DNA of 64,000 bases, from positions 170,686,001 to 170,750,000 of the forward strand of contig NC_042998.1 of the NCBI RefSeq assembly GCF_006345805.1. The letters run 5' to 3'. Both the position numbers and the translations under genes were made by a program. Position 1 is the first letter of the stretch; each line of letters starts with the position of its first letter. Shown here piece after piece: positions 1 through 13,988 of this stretch. The notes beneath the pieces are model-generated. The model was not told where the DNA came from. It searched no databases and was given only the letters and a program-made list of their open reading frames with translations. The stretch comes from Octopus sinensis. Lineage: Eukaryota.

Positions 1-630
1 AACAGTGTATGAGTCAGATACATGCTTGCATGTGTATGGAGGGGAGAAAATCAGGTGTAGTGTTGGTGAATCTCAGGAAGCATGGAAGTTTTGAAGAATG
101 CAGTGCTCCGACAACTAACAACTGATGCTGGCAGCTTGTTCCATGCTTCAACAACTCTTTGTGTGAAAATATGTTTCCTAAAGTCAAGGGAGCTGTGCTG
201 TTTTCTGACTTTGTAAACATGTCCACGGGTGTTAGACAAGTGGAGTTTGAAAAGGTGCTCAGAGTTATTGTTAGTAAGATGGTTAATAATTTTATACGTG
301 CCTGCCAAGTCAGCTGCCAGTCGTCGGAGTTTCAATGTATCCATGCCCAGGGAAGTAAGGTGTTCAGAATATGGCAAATGCCTGATGGAGGATATTCTCT
401 TGGTTGCACATCACTGAATGGTTTCCAGACGATTAATATCCTGGGCAAGATAGGGGTTCCAGACCGGTGATGCAAATTCCAGGTGAGGCCGCACCATAGC
501 TATATAAAGCCTCAGATAGATAACCGGAGAGCAGCTCACAAAGGACTTGGTAAATGATGCCAAGACACCCTCAGCCTTGGCAATTTTAGCAATGTGTTTT
601 GTCCAACACATCATATTGGTATTATCAAAC
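1..630 (-). mobile_element. CR1/L2-type LINE, RT C-terminal/3' fragment (in the last intron of the IAP gene)
   Basis: ORFs 411..644 (LYIAMVRPHLEFASPVWNPYL..DINRLETIQ) and 51..377 (LKLRRLAADL..TRGH..FTQRVVEAWNKLP) are typical CR1/L2 RT C-terminal motifs; frameshifted. Same family recurs at 29330-29790. Confidence 0.85.
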
Positions 631-989
631 AGAATACAATTCATAATTTAAATAAGGAAATTTGTAAACTTTGAATGTATAAGAGTATAAACAAGCTTAA
701 AATAGTGTAAACAATTAAAATAAAAGTATATCTATCAAGTCCATTTATACATTTCTCAACACATACTGCTGTTATGACTTCCCTCCCTCATTTTATGCCT
801 CCATTGTAGATGGGTAGATTTGCTAGTATATATAATGATGATGATGGTATATTGTTTATTAGCATAACAATCTGTTTAGAGCACAAGAATAGGTTTGTAT
901 ACATAGCTGTAATATTTAGAGGTTGATAGCTAACATGTCTACATACAGTTTTGAGTGAATTTAGTAGACAGAAAGTGTGAAGAAGCTCA

Positions 990-1185
990 TTATGTGCATG
1001 TGTTGTTTGTCCTGCCACCACCACCACTTGACTTGTTTATGTCCCCCATAACCTAGCACTTCAGCAGAAGAGACCAATAGAATAAGCACCAGGTTTGAAA
1101 AGAAGTACTGGGGTTCATTTGTGTGACTAAAACCCCTTCAGCATGGCCACAGTTCAATGACTGAAGCAATAAAAGATAAAAGATG
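990..1185 (+). mobile_element. SINE family A, 3' half
   Basis: Contains agagaccaatagaataagcacc...cagcatggccacagttcaatgactgaagc + (aaaagat) tail shared with many copies in the window. Confidence 0.7.
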
Positions 1186-1310
1186 AACTGTTGATATTGT
1201 TTTTAATATTCAAAATGTATGACTATTTGTTACATTTTTATTATATTTCAACAATGTATATTCATTCTTCCCTGTAGTCTTCATTTTTTGTTTTCTTTTT
1301 CCTTCATCAG

Positions 1311-1501
1311 ACGCTGATCTAGTTAAAGAGAATAATATGCTGAAAGAACTGAAGCTTTGTAAAATCTGTTTAGATGAAGAATTGAGTGTGGTATTTTTAC
1401 CATGTGGCCATTTGGTCAGTTGTGCATCATGTGCACCTGCTCTCAGTAACTGTCCTGTGTGTCGACAAAAGGTTCATGGAATGGTTAAGACATTTTTCTG
1501 A
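1311..1501 (+). CDS. IAP-family (BIRC2/3/7/XIAP-like) E3 ubiquitin ligase, terminal exon encoding the C-terminal RING-HC finger
   Basis: Polypyrimidine tract + CAG acceptor at 1308-1310; phase-1 translation (D)ADLVKENNMLKELKLCKICLDEELSVVFLPCGHLVSCASCAPALSNCPVCRQKVHGMVKTFF*, stop TGA 1499-1501. C3HC4 spacing and VFLPCGHLV..C..C/CP.CR are IAP RING signatures. Not in the ORF track because it has no own start. Confidence 0.9.
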
Positions 1502-1651
1502 GGTATGACTAGATATTTATTGCTGATGGTTGCACATATTTCTGATGCAAATCTCTCCTAATTTGATGAAAAAAAAAGTACAGAACTTCATTATATAGAG
1601 AATATATCCTCTATTGAAAACTTTTCAAGAAATTTCTGCTTACTCATTCTC

Positions 1652-1657
1652 AATAAA
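1652..1657 (+). terminator. Candidate poly(A) signal of the IAP gene
   Basis: First AATAAA, ~150 nt after the stop; AT-rich context makes chance occurrence likely. Confidence 0.3.
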
Positions 1658-2272
1658 ACTATGTACAATTACTTTTTTTGTAAAGTTTATGACATATTTA
1701 ATTCACCAACCATATTTTGTATTAGAAAGTTTTAACATTTGTTTACTGCTCTCTAAATCTGTACACACTAACTTGAATGATTATTTTTTTAATTATTTTT
1801 TCAACTTGATCTCATATGGGAGAAAATTTTCATCATGCATTGAATTAAGGAGTAGTTTATGTTGAATTTTCTTCTGATAAACATTTTTTTTTCTGTGTGG
1901 TTTAAATATTCTAAACAACCTTTCTCCCTCTGTCTATGTATAATACATAACCTAGAAGCTATCAAATCTTTAACTGCCATTTCATATGTGACCACGTCAG
2001 TTTTTTTTTTTTTATCTTAATATTTCTTAATCTCATTGCTAATTGAAACCTTACTGAATTTTGGTATTATTGAAAAAGAGACACAAGTTACTTAACAATT
2101 AACTATGATTAGCATATTTTCAGACTTTTGCAAGCATTTTGTTTGACTAAGAAAATAGTGTTCTCATCTATCTTTAGTTGCTTTCAGCCAAAACTCCATA
2201 AGATCCACTGATAAGAACAGTTAAATATGACTCCCAAACAGTTTCCAATTACATAAATATAATTGTAATTAC

Positions 2273-2274
<2 letters not shown>

Positions 2275-2308
<34 letters not shown>

Positions 2309-2743
2309 TATTATTATTATTGAGGTCGGTGGATGGCAGAATCTATGGAGTAACAGATTAAATGCCTTGCAATATTTAGTACTATACTTCTTATGTTCTA
2401 AATTCAAATCCTATCAAGGTTAACTTTGCCTTTCATCCTTCAAGGGTCAATAAAATAAGTACCAGTTATCTATTGGAGTTGACTAAATCAATATATTCTC
2501 CTGCTCCAAAATGTGTGGTCTTGTGCCTATGTTAGAATTTATTATATTTATTTATTTATTCATCCATTCATGCATTTTATTGACTCCGAAAGGATAAAAG
2601 AAAAAGTTCCTCTGCTAAAGTCAACTTAGTCTTTCATCCATTCAGGGTTGATAAAAATAAAAGTACCAGCCTAATACTGGTGTCAACGATATTAACTAAT
2701 CTCCTTTCTTCAAAATTGTTGGCCTTGTGCCTAAATCAAAAGC

Positions 2744-2790
<47 letters not shown>
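2275..2790 (+). mobile_element. Two SINE family B fragments flanked by (ATT)n microsatellites
   Basis: aaggttaactttgcctttcatccttcaagggtcaataaaataagtaccag (2410-2465) and a similar tract at 2615-2670 match family B copies at 32900-33131 and 40379-40610; (ATT)n at ~2275-2320 and ~2745-2790. Confidence 0.65.
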
Positions 2791-2792
<2 letters not shown>

Positions 2793-4329
2793 GAGCGATA
2801 CAACAGACAAGACAATATTGAATTCTTGGCTTAGAGTCATGAGTCCATATCTTTGTACATATTTGTGTTGTGTCTTTAGGCAAGACACTTAACTCAACTT
2901 GCCTTCTAAATTTGCTAAATCTAATTTAGAAAATTACTTTTATTCTATCATCACTATCATCCTCATTAGTTTTTCTTCTTTTTTTTTTTTCTATTATTAA
3001 AAATATTTATTGAGCCTATTTATTTCAGCAATTGAAGCATTAAGTGCAACCAACAGAAATATTTCTAGTTTTAAATTATTGAATACAAACTTCTTAAATA
3101 AGTAAGCAAATTCTCAGTTTTAAAGCTATACAGATTTTAAAGCTTACAAACCACATTAAACAAGAGGCTGTGTTGTCTACTGGAGAATTCTGCAGAATTG
3201 GGAACGTTTTTTTTTTTTATATATTTTTATTTCACTCATCTGCTTCCCTTCAGTTATCTTGATAACTCTATAAATGTTAGAAAAAATGAAATTAGGGTAG
3301 TGTTGTGGAAGTTTCCGATAAATTACACAGATTTTTGTTGAAGACAATATTCTACAAAATATTCTCAACCAATATAGGTGTATGTGTGAATGTGTTTATA
3401 AACTCATGCTTACATCAGCATCTCTGTTTTAATATCTTTCTTTCTTCAAATGCTTTGATTGGGTTGATTGGTTTCAGAGATATTTTGCTTCCAACCCCAT
3501 ATATTTAATTAGCATTCACTATTTCATGCCTTATTTAGTCAAATCTGCCTTTTTCGGTTACAGTTCCAAACACCTATCTACAGCTACAGCTTACTTGCTC
3601 AATTTTCTCTATCCATTTCTTCTATGGATTTCTCTTTTATCTAGCGTTCTTAATTTCAGTTATTTGCTTGTATATTATTCTACTTGACAAAATAATATTT
3701 CTAATATAAATATTATACAACCAACTTTGTTGGTCATCAGAATAGACAAACGCAAAATGTTTCATAGTTTCATAACTATAGTACCTTAACTGTTTGCCCT
3801 CTAATTAGCAAGAATTATATCTCTTAACTTACCTATTATTTTAAATGCTAATTAGTCTTTTTTTTTAATGGATCAATTATGCTATCAATTTGTTAATCAT
3901 TTGATGTTGGAGTCAGCTGTACCATTAATATCATCATTTTCACTAAATACTCTCTAGACTTATTCTACATTACTGTGCTAGGTTGCTCTCTTCTCTTTCT
4001 ACTGATATATCAGTAATTAATTACTGCCTTAATTTTTGTAGTTTGATCTCAGGACATGTGTAGTCTTATGCAATGTTTCTAAGCTACTAACTTACAGGTT
4101 AGTATCTATATAGGTTTTCTCTCCTAAACTCAGGTGAATAAATTAATTTAATACTGAGCTTCAGTAAATGATCATGTGACATGAGTCTGTAAAACAGTCT
4201 AGTACTCTGAAAGACTTTTTGCATTTATCAGTTTTCCAGATGTCATCCTTTCTCATTTAATATTCACACTTCTCACCAAATGCAAAATACAACTATTCTA
4301 TAATAGTTTTAACTCATAAAAAAGGGTGA

Positions 4330-4900
4330 GACTGTCATCCCACTTATTTCCAGTAAAGAAAATACAGAAACATAAACTTCAATATAAAATTTACATATTT
4401 TGGCTATACTCACCACAGGTCCTTACAAATGACAGCTTTCTTGCACTATTTCCATCTTAATAAGCAATGACAGGGTTGTTGTTAATCACTGATAATACAG
4501 GATCTTACTTCAGCAAGATATCTACAGTTTGGTGACCAACGTTATCAAAAGTCATTGAGATGTCATCTGTTTCTTGATGTTGCTTGATGAATTATCATGT
4601 TTGTTTTTTTCAATGCTGTTACATTACATAGTTATGATAATTAATAATTATTTTGGTAAAATCTACCAGCAATTTTGTTTTCTCTTACTCTTTTCTCAGT
4701 TACAGATCATTCATTTCATAAATCTATCATATCATTATAATACAGAGTCTTTGAATACTTTACTGCTTTATCATTTACCCTATCAGCTATGATGACAATC
4801 TACTCTAAAAGATCAAAAGTTCAATTTCACATTCCAGAAGTACAGATGCCAATTTGGTAGCAAGATCTTCTGCACACTTCCTGCTGTCAATGTGACATCT
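4330..4900 (-). mobile_element. Highly decayed non-LTR retrotransposon RT fragment
   Basis: Minus-strand DISMTFDNVGH (~4535-4570) resembles the RT DxSKAFDxVxH motif; many stops. Confidence 0.3.
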
Positions 4901-5479
4901 GTTTTCTCGCACTGCAATGCACAAGGTTTTTATATTTTTCACATATTTTGGATAGATCTACAAATGTTTACTTAAGATAGTGGTGTGCTAGCTAGATTCT
5001 CTTTGTAGCAATAGAAGCCATACCTATTTTGTAAACATGTTTGTCTTGAAATGACAAATATTTATTTTTGGAAATATTTTGTGTAGTGCTGTTATAACCA
5101 CTTTTCTCTAGTTCCTGTTGCTGGTACAGCTAGAATGGATGAATTCATCACTTTTTGCTGTATTTTATGCTGGAAATGTAACTGGAATATTTTCTTTTTG
5201 TCTCTCAGACTCAGTAATGCAAAATCTATTGTTCCTATTACACTCATTCACACATAGGATGCTCTCCACACCAACAAATGACTGCAGATTTTTCCAAAAC
5301 ATGTATTTAGAATCAAACAAGAAATTAAATTTATTTAATGTATTTTTCATTCACTTCTGCAAGTTTGCTATCCAGACTCTGGTTGTCTTCCTAATCACCT
5401 CAAGTAAGATGGAATTACTCACAGTTAGAGAACTTTCAGAGTCTTAACAACTGTTATTTCTGCACATTGTGTCTGCAAT

Positions 5480-5600
5480 ATTAATCGCAGTAAGTTCCAG
5501 ATGCAATAATCCATCATATTTGATGTTAAACTCTTAGCTGGCCATACATTGGGCTCGATAAACTCTGGGGAATTATTTTGCAGGTACACTTTTTCTCCAT
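5480..5600 (-). mobile_element. Tc1/mariner-superfamily transposase C-terminal fragment
   Basis: ORF 5425..5628: PEFIEPNVWPAKSLTSNMMDYCIW resembles the conserved WPPNSPDLNPLDYxIW motif. Confidence 0.4.
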
Positions 5601-7379
5601 CCATTACGCAGTTAATAATCAGAAACATCAGGGATTAAATTTATAAACATATTGGTTAACAATTGTCTTTTTCCTTTTGTACAATGGAATTGCTTTTGAG
5701 TCATTATAGCCTGTTCTTCAATGAAGAACAAATTTGTTTTGCTGTATGTGTTAATAGTGCCATAGCAAATAATGGAAGGTTTAGTATCTGCCTCTTTGAG
5801 ATCATGAGAATCCATTTCTGTTTTGAGTTTTGACTAACCTATAGTCTGCTTGTATAATGGTGCTTTCAGAAAAACCAGCTCTCTTTCCAATAATGTTTAA
5901 TCTGAAAATGATGGAAAACACCTTTGGCCATCAGCTTTCAAGTCTGTTAATGTGCAGCTGTTTATGCATAACAACTCACTTTTTCAATAGCATTTAAAGG
6001 AGAATTCGATGATGATATTGGACTCTTTCTTTAAATATTTCCAACTGCTGTGCAGTCTGACATTGATTAGAATCTGTTTCCTTGGGAGAATTTATTGGAG
6101 AATAACTACTATTGAAAGTATAGCATTCTACTGTAATAGTCCACGTATTTGAAAATTGAGTGTGCCACTTGTTTGCTTCTTTACACTTTCATAACTTCAA
6201 TACCACATGATTAAATTTTATGCTAGTTTATTTTACAAAAAGATTTTTGGTAAAATCTCTTGCATTTTTTTATAACCAAGGGGGAATGCTTCATCTCAAG
6301 TATAACAATTATATGGTGTTGAAAATTGTTGAGTTGTAGCATGGTAAAAAAAATTTAATTAATCAGTTAAAATAGAACATGTTAATAAACTTAGCACTTT
6401 TCCTACTGGACACCTTGTGTGTGTATGTGTATTTTATATATACATGTGTATGTATATATATATAAAATTGTATACATGCACACAAAGAATATTTTCTTAA
6501 AATTTCTTTCATTTCACACTGAATTCTTTATAAAATATAATAATGCCTTCCTTAGATAAGGTACAAGTTCATCTTTTGCATACAAGAAAGTTAAGTTGGT
6601 GATATCAATACCAGTATACTACTAGTACTTATTTTATTGACCCCACTAAGAGGTAAGAATTTGATATCAGTAGAGTTTGAACTTAAATATAGGGAAACAA
6701 AAAGTATACATTATTAGGCATTTAGCTTGATACTCTGTCAGTTTTGCCAGCTAACACCCTTCTATGAAATACATTAATAATCAGTGCAAAATGCAAGAAA
6801 TGTACTCACTTTTTGTTGTTATTTTTTATGAATGAGCTTCTTTTGACCTCTTTTGATTTTATCATCATTGAGATGGAGCATTCATAGGCATGCATATACA
6901 TTGTTGTTCTTTGAATAATTCTATCTTGTCATCCAGGAACTCACATTCGGGAAGTCAATATTTTGCTTTTATGGGTAGGGATAGTTTTGTTGCCCTACTC
7001 AAAACTGATTTGATCAGTCTTTGTATTTCTTTTTTAATTTGCTAACCTGTATTGCAATAGTTGAGATAAACTAATGCCACAATGTGTCCTTATCTAAATA
7101 AGTTCAGTACATCTGGACCAAAATCTTTTCAGTCTTATTGTTTACCTGGATAGTGAGAACATTTTTGTTAAAAATCTATGTTCATTTCAAGGTGTTTTTT
7201 GTTGTTTTTTATTTGCAATGTTAGTTTAACCAGTAAAATTTAATGTTGTGTCACTCCTTCAATTTTTCTCAAACTAAGCTAAAGTTGTTATTTCTCTGAC
7301 TGTAGCTGTTAATGTGAATCTCTTGAGTCCATATTTGAAAATACAGAGTTTCCCGTTTGTCCCTCTGTACTGATTTTTT

Positions 7380-8100
7380 TCCAGTCTTCCATGTGTTTCA
7401 AAATGAAAGGCTTTGGTGATCATTATTTTCATCTATCAACTACAACTTGCCCTCGCATTGAGTACAATGAATAATACACAACAAATCCCATTCCATCCTC
7501 AGTATTCTAAGTTCATCAGCACCACTTTCCTGTGTTAGTCTTGATCATTGTTTTGAAAGGATACCCACATTTCATCCTCCCATGGGTCAATTCCTAGATA
7601 ATATGGCTGGCAGGCAACTGCACATGTCTCAAACAATGCCTAACCAGCTGCAGCTGTCTTTCTGCTGTCTTGTTGACCAGCTAAAGGAGGCCACTTTGAA
7701 GTTGCTCAGTGGTCATATCTATGTCTAGCTGATGGCATTGCTTAAGCTTTGGTGAAATCTAAGTAAATGAGATCAGTTGAAATACATTCATGCAGCTAAA
7801 TCTAAAAGAATACTGCTTGGTATTGAACCATTGTTGAGTAAGTGTTTTGTCAATTTCATCCCCTTCTCTATTGATTCAAAAATTAGGCATAAGACAAATC
7901 TAAAACTTCTTGGTTCTTCAAAACATGTATATCTTTCCAGTTCTCTGGGGATACTGACAAGAGTGACAAAGAGTTATCTTCTCAGCAATTTTAGTTTAAT
8001 GCTAGCAATAAAACTCTTTCAGCTCTGAAGATATCATATCATTTCTATTTTGATCAGTTGTCATGGAGACTTCCACTCAAGTTTGATACTTTGTCATTAC
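7380..8100 (-). mobile_element. Decayed CR1-type LINE RT fragment
   Basis: Minus strand 7774-7745 reads DLIYLDFTKA (CR1 DVIYLDFxKAFD motif), followed by a stop; surrounding frames broken. Confidence 0.55.
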
Positions 8101-8439
8101 AATTTTATTCTCTATTTTTGTAAATGTATAACATGTTTCAGTGTTTTAGCTTTTATTAAAACATTAGATTAGTCATTTCCATACATATTCTTAATGTTTG
8201 CAATATTATGCTTTCCTTAACCAAAAGGATTTTGCAATCTCTTCATTTTATTTTTTTTTTTTTGATATTTGCTATCTTTATATATCTAGCAAGAGGTCAT
8301 TGCAAATTATGCTTTTGAAAATACAGATAATGGTAGTGTAAGTATCATTTTTCATGTCTTTTATCAACCAAAAGTAACTGGAGAATGGATTAATTTTGTT
8401 AGTCATGGATCAGTTGAGCTTGATATGCAACTTAATTAT

Positions 8440-9052
8440 TGTCAAGTGAAGGATAGTTATTAGGAGACAAAAGTATCGCTCACTTTTTAAATGAGTGCAG
8501 TATTCTAGCACAAAAGGAGTATAAACACAAACATGACTGTAGGTAAAAGAGTGCATTGGGATGTTAGCCAAGTGTATAGCTTCAGAACAACAGAAAAAGT
8601 ATGAACATGAACCAGAGGCTGTGATAGAAAATGAGGATTACAAGATCTTGAGGAATTTCTTTATAAAGACTGTCCATACTGTTGAAGCAAGAAGACCAGA
8701 AATGATTATAGAGAAAAAAAAAACAGTGTAAGATCGTAGGTTTTGCAATTCCCTATGATAGCAAAGAAAGTGAAAAAATTGAGAAATATCAGAATCTAGC
8801 AAGAAGGCTGCGGAGACAGTGAATAATCAAGACAACAATCATTCCTGTAGTAATTGGTGCACTTGACAACATCCAAAATGCTAAAAGGAGATGGAATTGA
8901 AACTCCCATTGTCAACCTGTAGAAAAATACCAACATATATTCTGCCAGAATCCTAAGGAAGATTCTTCAAATTTGAGGAGATTTGTTTTCACCAAACCTC
9001 AATGTAAAATACTTGCTAACTAAATTAGCATGCACTAGCACAATAATAATAA
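8440..9052 (+). mobile_element. R4/Dong-like (restriction-like endonuclease) non-LTR retrotransposon, 3' end
   Basis: Frameshifted IAHFLNECSILAQKEYKHKHD, KRVHWDV, HEPEAVIENEDYKIL, EARRPEMII, EKIEKYQNLA, IIPVVIGAL, SARILRK: zinc-knuckle + RLE region; ends in (AAT)n at ~9042-9052. Confidence 0.75.
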
Positions 9053-11719
9053 AAAAGACTAAAGCTGGGAATTCAGAAATAATCTTTTACAAGCTAATGC
9101 TACTTCTGTATCTTTTACAAGCTAATGCTACTTCTGTAACTGGCATAGGTACTCTTCTAGCCATTAGGTAATATGTTCTAGTACTGCTTCATCACTCTTT
9201 CTCCATCTAAAGTAATTCTGTTCCAGAATATATTTCTTGAACATATATATTTCCATCCCCATCTCTGTTTTTAATCTGAATTCGTTAATGTTCTAGTTTT
9301 TCCTCACTAACTATACACTTGGTATTCACAATCATTTATTTGAGAAACAACTTCAATTATAATAACCTTCACTTGTTCCTTCGATGTTCAAGCCACATTC
9401 TTTTGTATCACTTCAGTTATCTTTAGTGTTTCATACAAAATACATTCATTCCATATTCCATTGTTTATATTTTATTTTGTGTCTGCTGAGACTGCTTTTT
9501 GTACTCTTGACTTCTTACTGGAGACTTTCAACTAACATGGTCACACTACTAGTGAATTGGTTCTAGTCAAGTGAAAGCCCTTGTGTGGTAATTCTTTGTT
9601 TCATAACAATACTTGATTTTGTTATCAATTAGAATTGTTAGTAATATACTGTTTTCTAATCTGAAATGACAAACTACAAAAACCTTCCTATTTTTTGCTA
9701 AGGTCCTTCATTATGTATTATTTTGTTTGTGGTAAAGAACTTTACCTTTATTTATTTGGTGATCAATATTTGCTTTCACTCAGTCCTTGTTTTCTTTGGA
9801 GTTTCAATTTCCTTTTGTATTTTTGCTTTTTCCTTCTTATTCCTTTAGAGTGAATTCTCAGATATTTATAATAATGAGATTTTCAAACACTTTTATCAAT
9901 TCAGTCAATAATTGTCTTATGTCAAAGCTATGACTGATCTCTCACTATTGTATCTGTTTTACAGGATCAGTATGCAGGCCCAAGTAATTAAGCATCTTTA
10001 TTTTTGCCATGACTGTACATAGAATGTGTATACCACGGCCACACAGCTTTTTTAGGAGATTCTCAATATTCCACAGAAGCAAGAGTGTTGAAATAACTTA
10101 AGGCAACACATCCATCAAGTGTCTGGGTTTAAAGTCTGATTACGCATCTCTGATACCTCTTTATGTTGATGGTCAATATGGAATTCACTTAGCACTTCTG
10201 CAAGAGATTTGCCACAGCTATTAATATGTTTGTTCAACCCAGACTCTAGAAAAAAAATTCTTGTTATAGTTAGGCCACTAATAAAAATACTAGAAAGAGA
10301 TGTTCATATCCTAAACTTTGATATTGATCCTTTCCTGGTTCTTGGTGAATCTTAACTTATGGAGGCCTTTAAAGCTGATAATTCACTGTTGAGCAACTGT
10401 AGCAATGTATCAAAAACTGGTGGGCTTAATTTTTTCAAGTTACAGTTCTTGCCATTGCTTCTAGTTCAAGAGGATACTTCTCAGATCTTCTGAAGTCATA
10501 TAAGATTAGGAGGGAGAAGATTAAAAAAAAAAACAGCATTCCTAAATGCTGTCATATTTCACCTTTTTGATTGGAAACAAATTTTTTTTCTAATCCATAA
10601 GTGAGATAGTGTGTGGAACAGAGTAATTATTTCAAATAATTCTGGAAACAACCAATCTTCTAAATGAACATGAAGAAACCTGTTTTGCTGATAAAATCAG
10701 ATCAGCAAAAATGATATACAATGTTCTTTGCAATAAGGATATTTTGCTTTGAAATTTCATTGACTGAGCAGTGGAATACTTGGTATTATTGAATCACTTG
10801 AAGGGATCTTGTATTTTACTTACATTTTCCTTGTTTATATTTCTGTCTGACTTCAGAAGTAAGTCAGTCTCTGCACAAGGAAAGGTTTAATGTGCTCTTA
10901 CAATTCGTTTGCTGAGATAGAGTGGGGATCCACACTTAACTTCACAGTTGAATAATTAATAGGAGGATGACTATTCAACTGTAGAAACAGTGCAGTTGCA
11001 CCAATAAAACCCCACCATCTAATCAAGCCAATCAGGCACAACTATAGTGCTTTGGAAACAAATAATAAACAATTCACTCTGTTGTGAATATTGAGAGCTT
11101 TAACCCTGCTGATATTGAGCAAGAAGCCACCAGCAAATTCACACTTTGCTGAACTTAACTGATTTCATACTAATTTAGAATAAATCCAATTGGGTTTTGA
11201 AGACAAAGTATCTTGAATTGATTCATAGGGATTGAAATGTAATAATAAGGATCTAGAGGGAGTCAAACATCAACTGCATCTTTCATTTATGGTTTGTAAT
11301 ACATGTTAGTTGGTATCATGTAACATTCTGGTCTGTTATTAGTTTTGCTCCTCTCATTCTGTTTTAACATCATCAAATGTCATATACTTGCTGATACAGT
11401 AAAATGTCATGGAAAACAATTCTGTTCTCTTACATCAAATACGAAGTTTATATGCATGTCACATACCTCTATGAAAATACGCACATCAACACAAAACTTC
11501 TGTATATCTCTCCCGCTTTATTTCTTCCTCATGAGTCTGAGAGCCGAAAACAGTTGAGAATTAGCAGGAAGGAAAGTATGTGGTGAGGTTCTAGCATCAA
11601 AGCATTGGTAAATGGGTGAAATTAATGTTGGTAAGTCCATACATAGCAGGAACCCTACATACAAGCACTACGTGAAGTTACAAGTCACAAGATTTTTCTT
11701 TAACAACACTAAGCCGAGT

Positions 11720-11899
11720 GTATGTATATACATGTGTGTATATGTATGTGTGTGTGTCTATGTATATATATATATACATACACACACGCACACACACACA
11801 CTGTATGCCCTTTTATCAGTTTAATTTTGGGAATGAGTTCGAGAAACTTGAAGATATTTATGAAGCAGATGAGTAAACTATATCAGACACACACGAGTA

Positions 11900-11967
<68 letters not shown>

Positions 11968-12281
11968 CTATATATATGTATATAGACAAACACACACATA
12001 TGCATATAATGTATGTATGCATATCTCAGTATATAAAGCGAATCTAAAGAGTATAGACATACATAAGCACGTGTGTATATATGTATTTATATATATGTGT
12101 GTATATATATATGCGTGTGTGTGTGTATCTATATACATGTGCATATGTACATAAATATATATATATTTGTATATATGTGTGTGTGTGTGTGTATATATAT
12201 TTGTATATATGTATATGTCTATATGTATGTATATATATATATATAAACATGTGTATATATGTATAAATTTATATATACATA

Positions 12282-12315
<34 letters not shown>

Positions 12316-12496
12316 CTTTTTTTTTCTATATACATACTTGTGTATATCTATATATGTATATACATATGTGTTTATATATACATACATGCATATAATTATG
12401 TATATACGTGTATACATATTTATATATGAATACAGGTATATATTTATATATGCATACTTATATACATATTTATATATCATTGCATATATATATGTA

Positions 12497-12544
<48 letters not shown>

Positions 12545-12840
12545 CACACACATAAGGCTATATATATATGTGTGTGTAAATATACATATTTGTATATATA
12601 TATATATATGTGTATATATATATGTGTGATGTATATATAAATATTTATATCAACATGTGTGTGTATATTTATACATGTATATACATGTGTGCATATTTAT
12701 ATATGTACATACATATGTGTATATATTTATATATGTATATACATATGTGTGTATATATTTCTATATGTATATATGCATATATATATATGTGTGTGTGTGT
12801 ATAATGTATATGTGTATATATATGTATATGTATGTATATT
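11720..12840. repeat. (TA)n/(TG)n low-complexity tract
   Basis: Seen directly; source of spurious Y/I/C/V-rich ORFs. Confidence 0.9.
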
Positions 12841-13988
12841 AGAAATAAGGTATTCAGAAATCTGGATGGTTTTACATTTACAGTTTTTTTATTGATGTTA
12901 CAAATTTTTATAAATCATATATTAGCACTTGCATCTACTCTAGTAGAATCTCCAGATTTGAATTTGTTGAGAGGATTTGTCTCTTTTGATAGTATTATTG
13001 AGTGTGTAGGGATGGAGAGAAATATAGGATAGTAAAAGAGGGTGAGGAATGGGGAGAAAGTGAGAGAGAGAGTGTGTGTGTGTATTTCTGAAAGGGGTGT
13101 CAGTGGAAAAGACAAGGAAAGAAAGAAGAAAAAAATGTGTTTAAATCTTTACAGCTGGTCAGTTCTTTCAATAGAAAGTGATGAGTTGATTCTTGACCTT
13201 TAAAAATGGAAAAACCAGGTGGCTTCTCTATTGGGGGGGGGGGGGGCTTGATAAAAGTTATTTTTCAAATAATTGTCCGGATTTATTATTGTCCAGTGAG
13301 AGAGAGTGTGTGTGTGTGTATGTGTATCTGGAAGGAGTGTAAATGGAAAAGAAAAAGAAAGGAAGAAGAAAAAATTGTGTTTACATCTATTCTACTCAAG
13401 TTGTATAGACGTAAACACAATATTTTCTTCCTTCTTTCTTTCCTTCTCTTTTCCATTTACACTCCTTTCAGATATACAGGTACGCACACATACACTCACA
13501 CTCACTCTCTCTCACTGGACAATGATGATGACAATGATAATAAATCCAAACAATATTTTGAAAAATAACTTATATCAAGACACACACCCCCATTGAGTAG
13601 CCACCTGGTTTTTCCATTTTTAAAGGCCAAGAATCAACTCATCACTTTCTATTGAAAGAACTGACCAACTGTAAAGATTTAAACACATTTTTTCTTCTTT
13701 TTCTCTTCCTTCTTTCTTTCCTTCTCTTTTCCATTGACACTCCTTTCAGATACACACACACTCTTTCTCACTTTCTCCCCATACCTCACCCTCTTTTATT
13801 ATCCTATATCTCTCCCCACACCTACACACTCAATAATACTATCAAAAGAGACAAATCCTCTCAAACAAATTCAAATCTAGAGTCTACTAGAATGAATGCA
13901 AGCGCTAATATATGATTTATAAAAACATGTGACATTAATAAATATCTGTAAATGTAAAACCATCCAGATTTCTGAGTACCTTATTTCT
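12841..13988. repeat. Long imperfect palindrome (arms 12841-13390 and 13405-13988, 14-nt loop)
   Basis: agaaataaggtattcagaaatctggatgg at 12841 vs ccatccagatttctgagtaccttatttct ending 13988; complementarity followed to the centre (gtgtttacatctat / atagacgtaaacac). Confidence 0.9.

Noticed and set aside
10500-11300. Possible L1/Tx1-like RT remnant (minus)
   Set aside because: Only faint motif resemblance (MFDSL, GSP-LYL); too decayed to call without a profile search.
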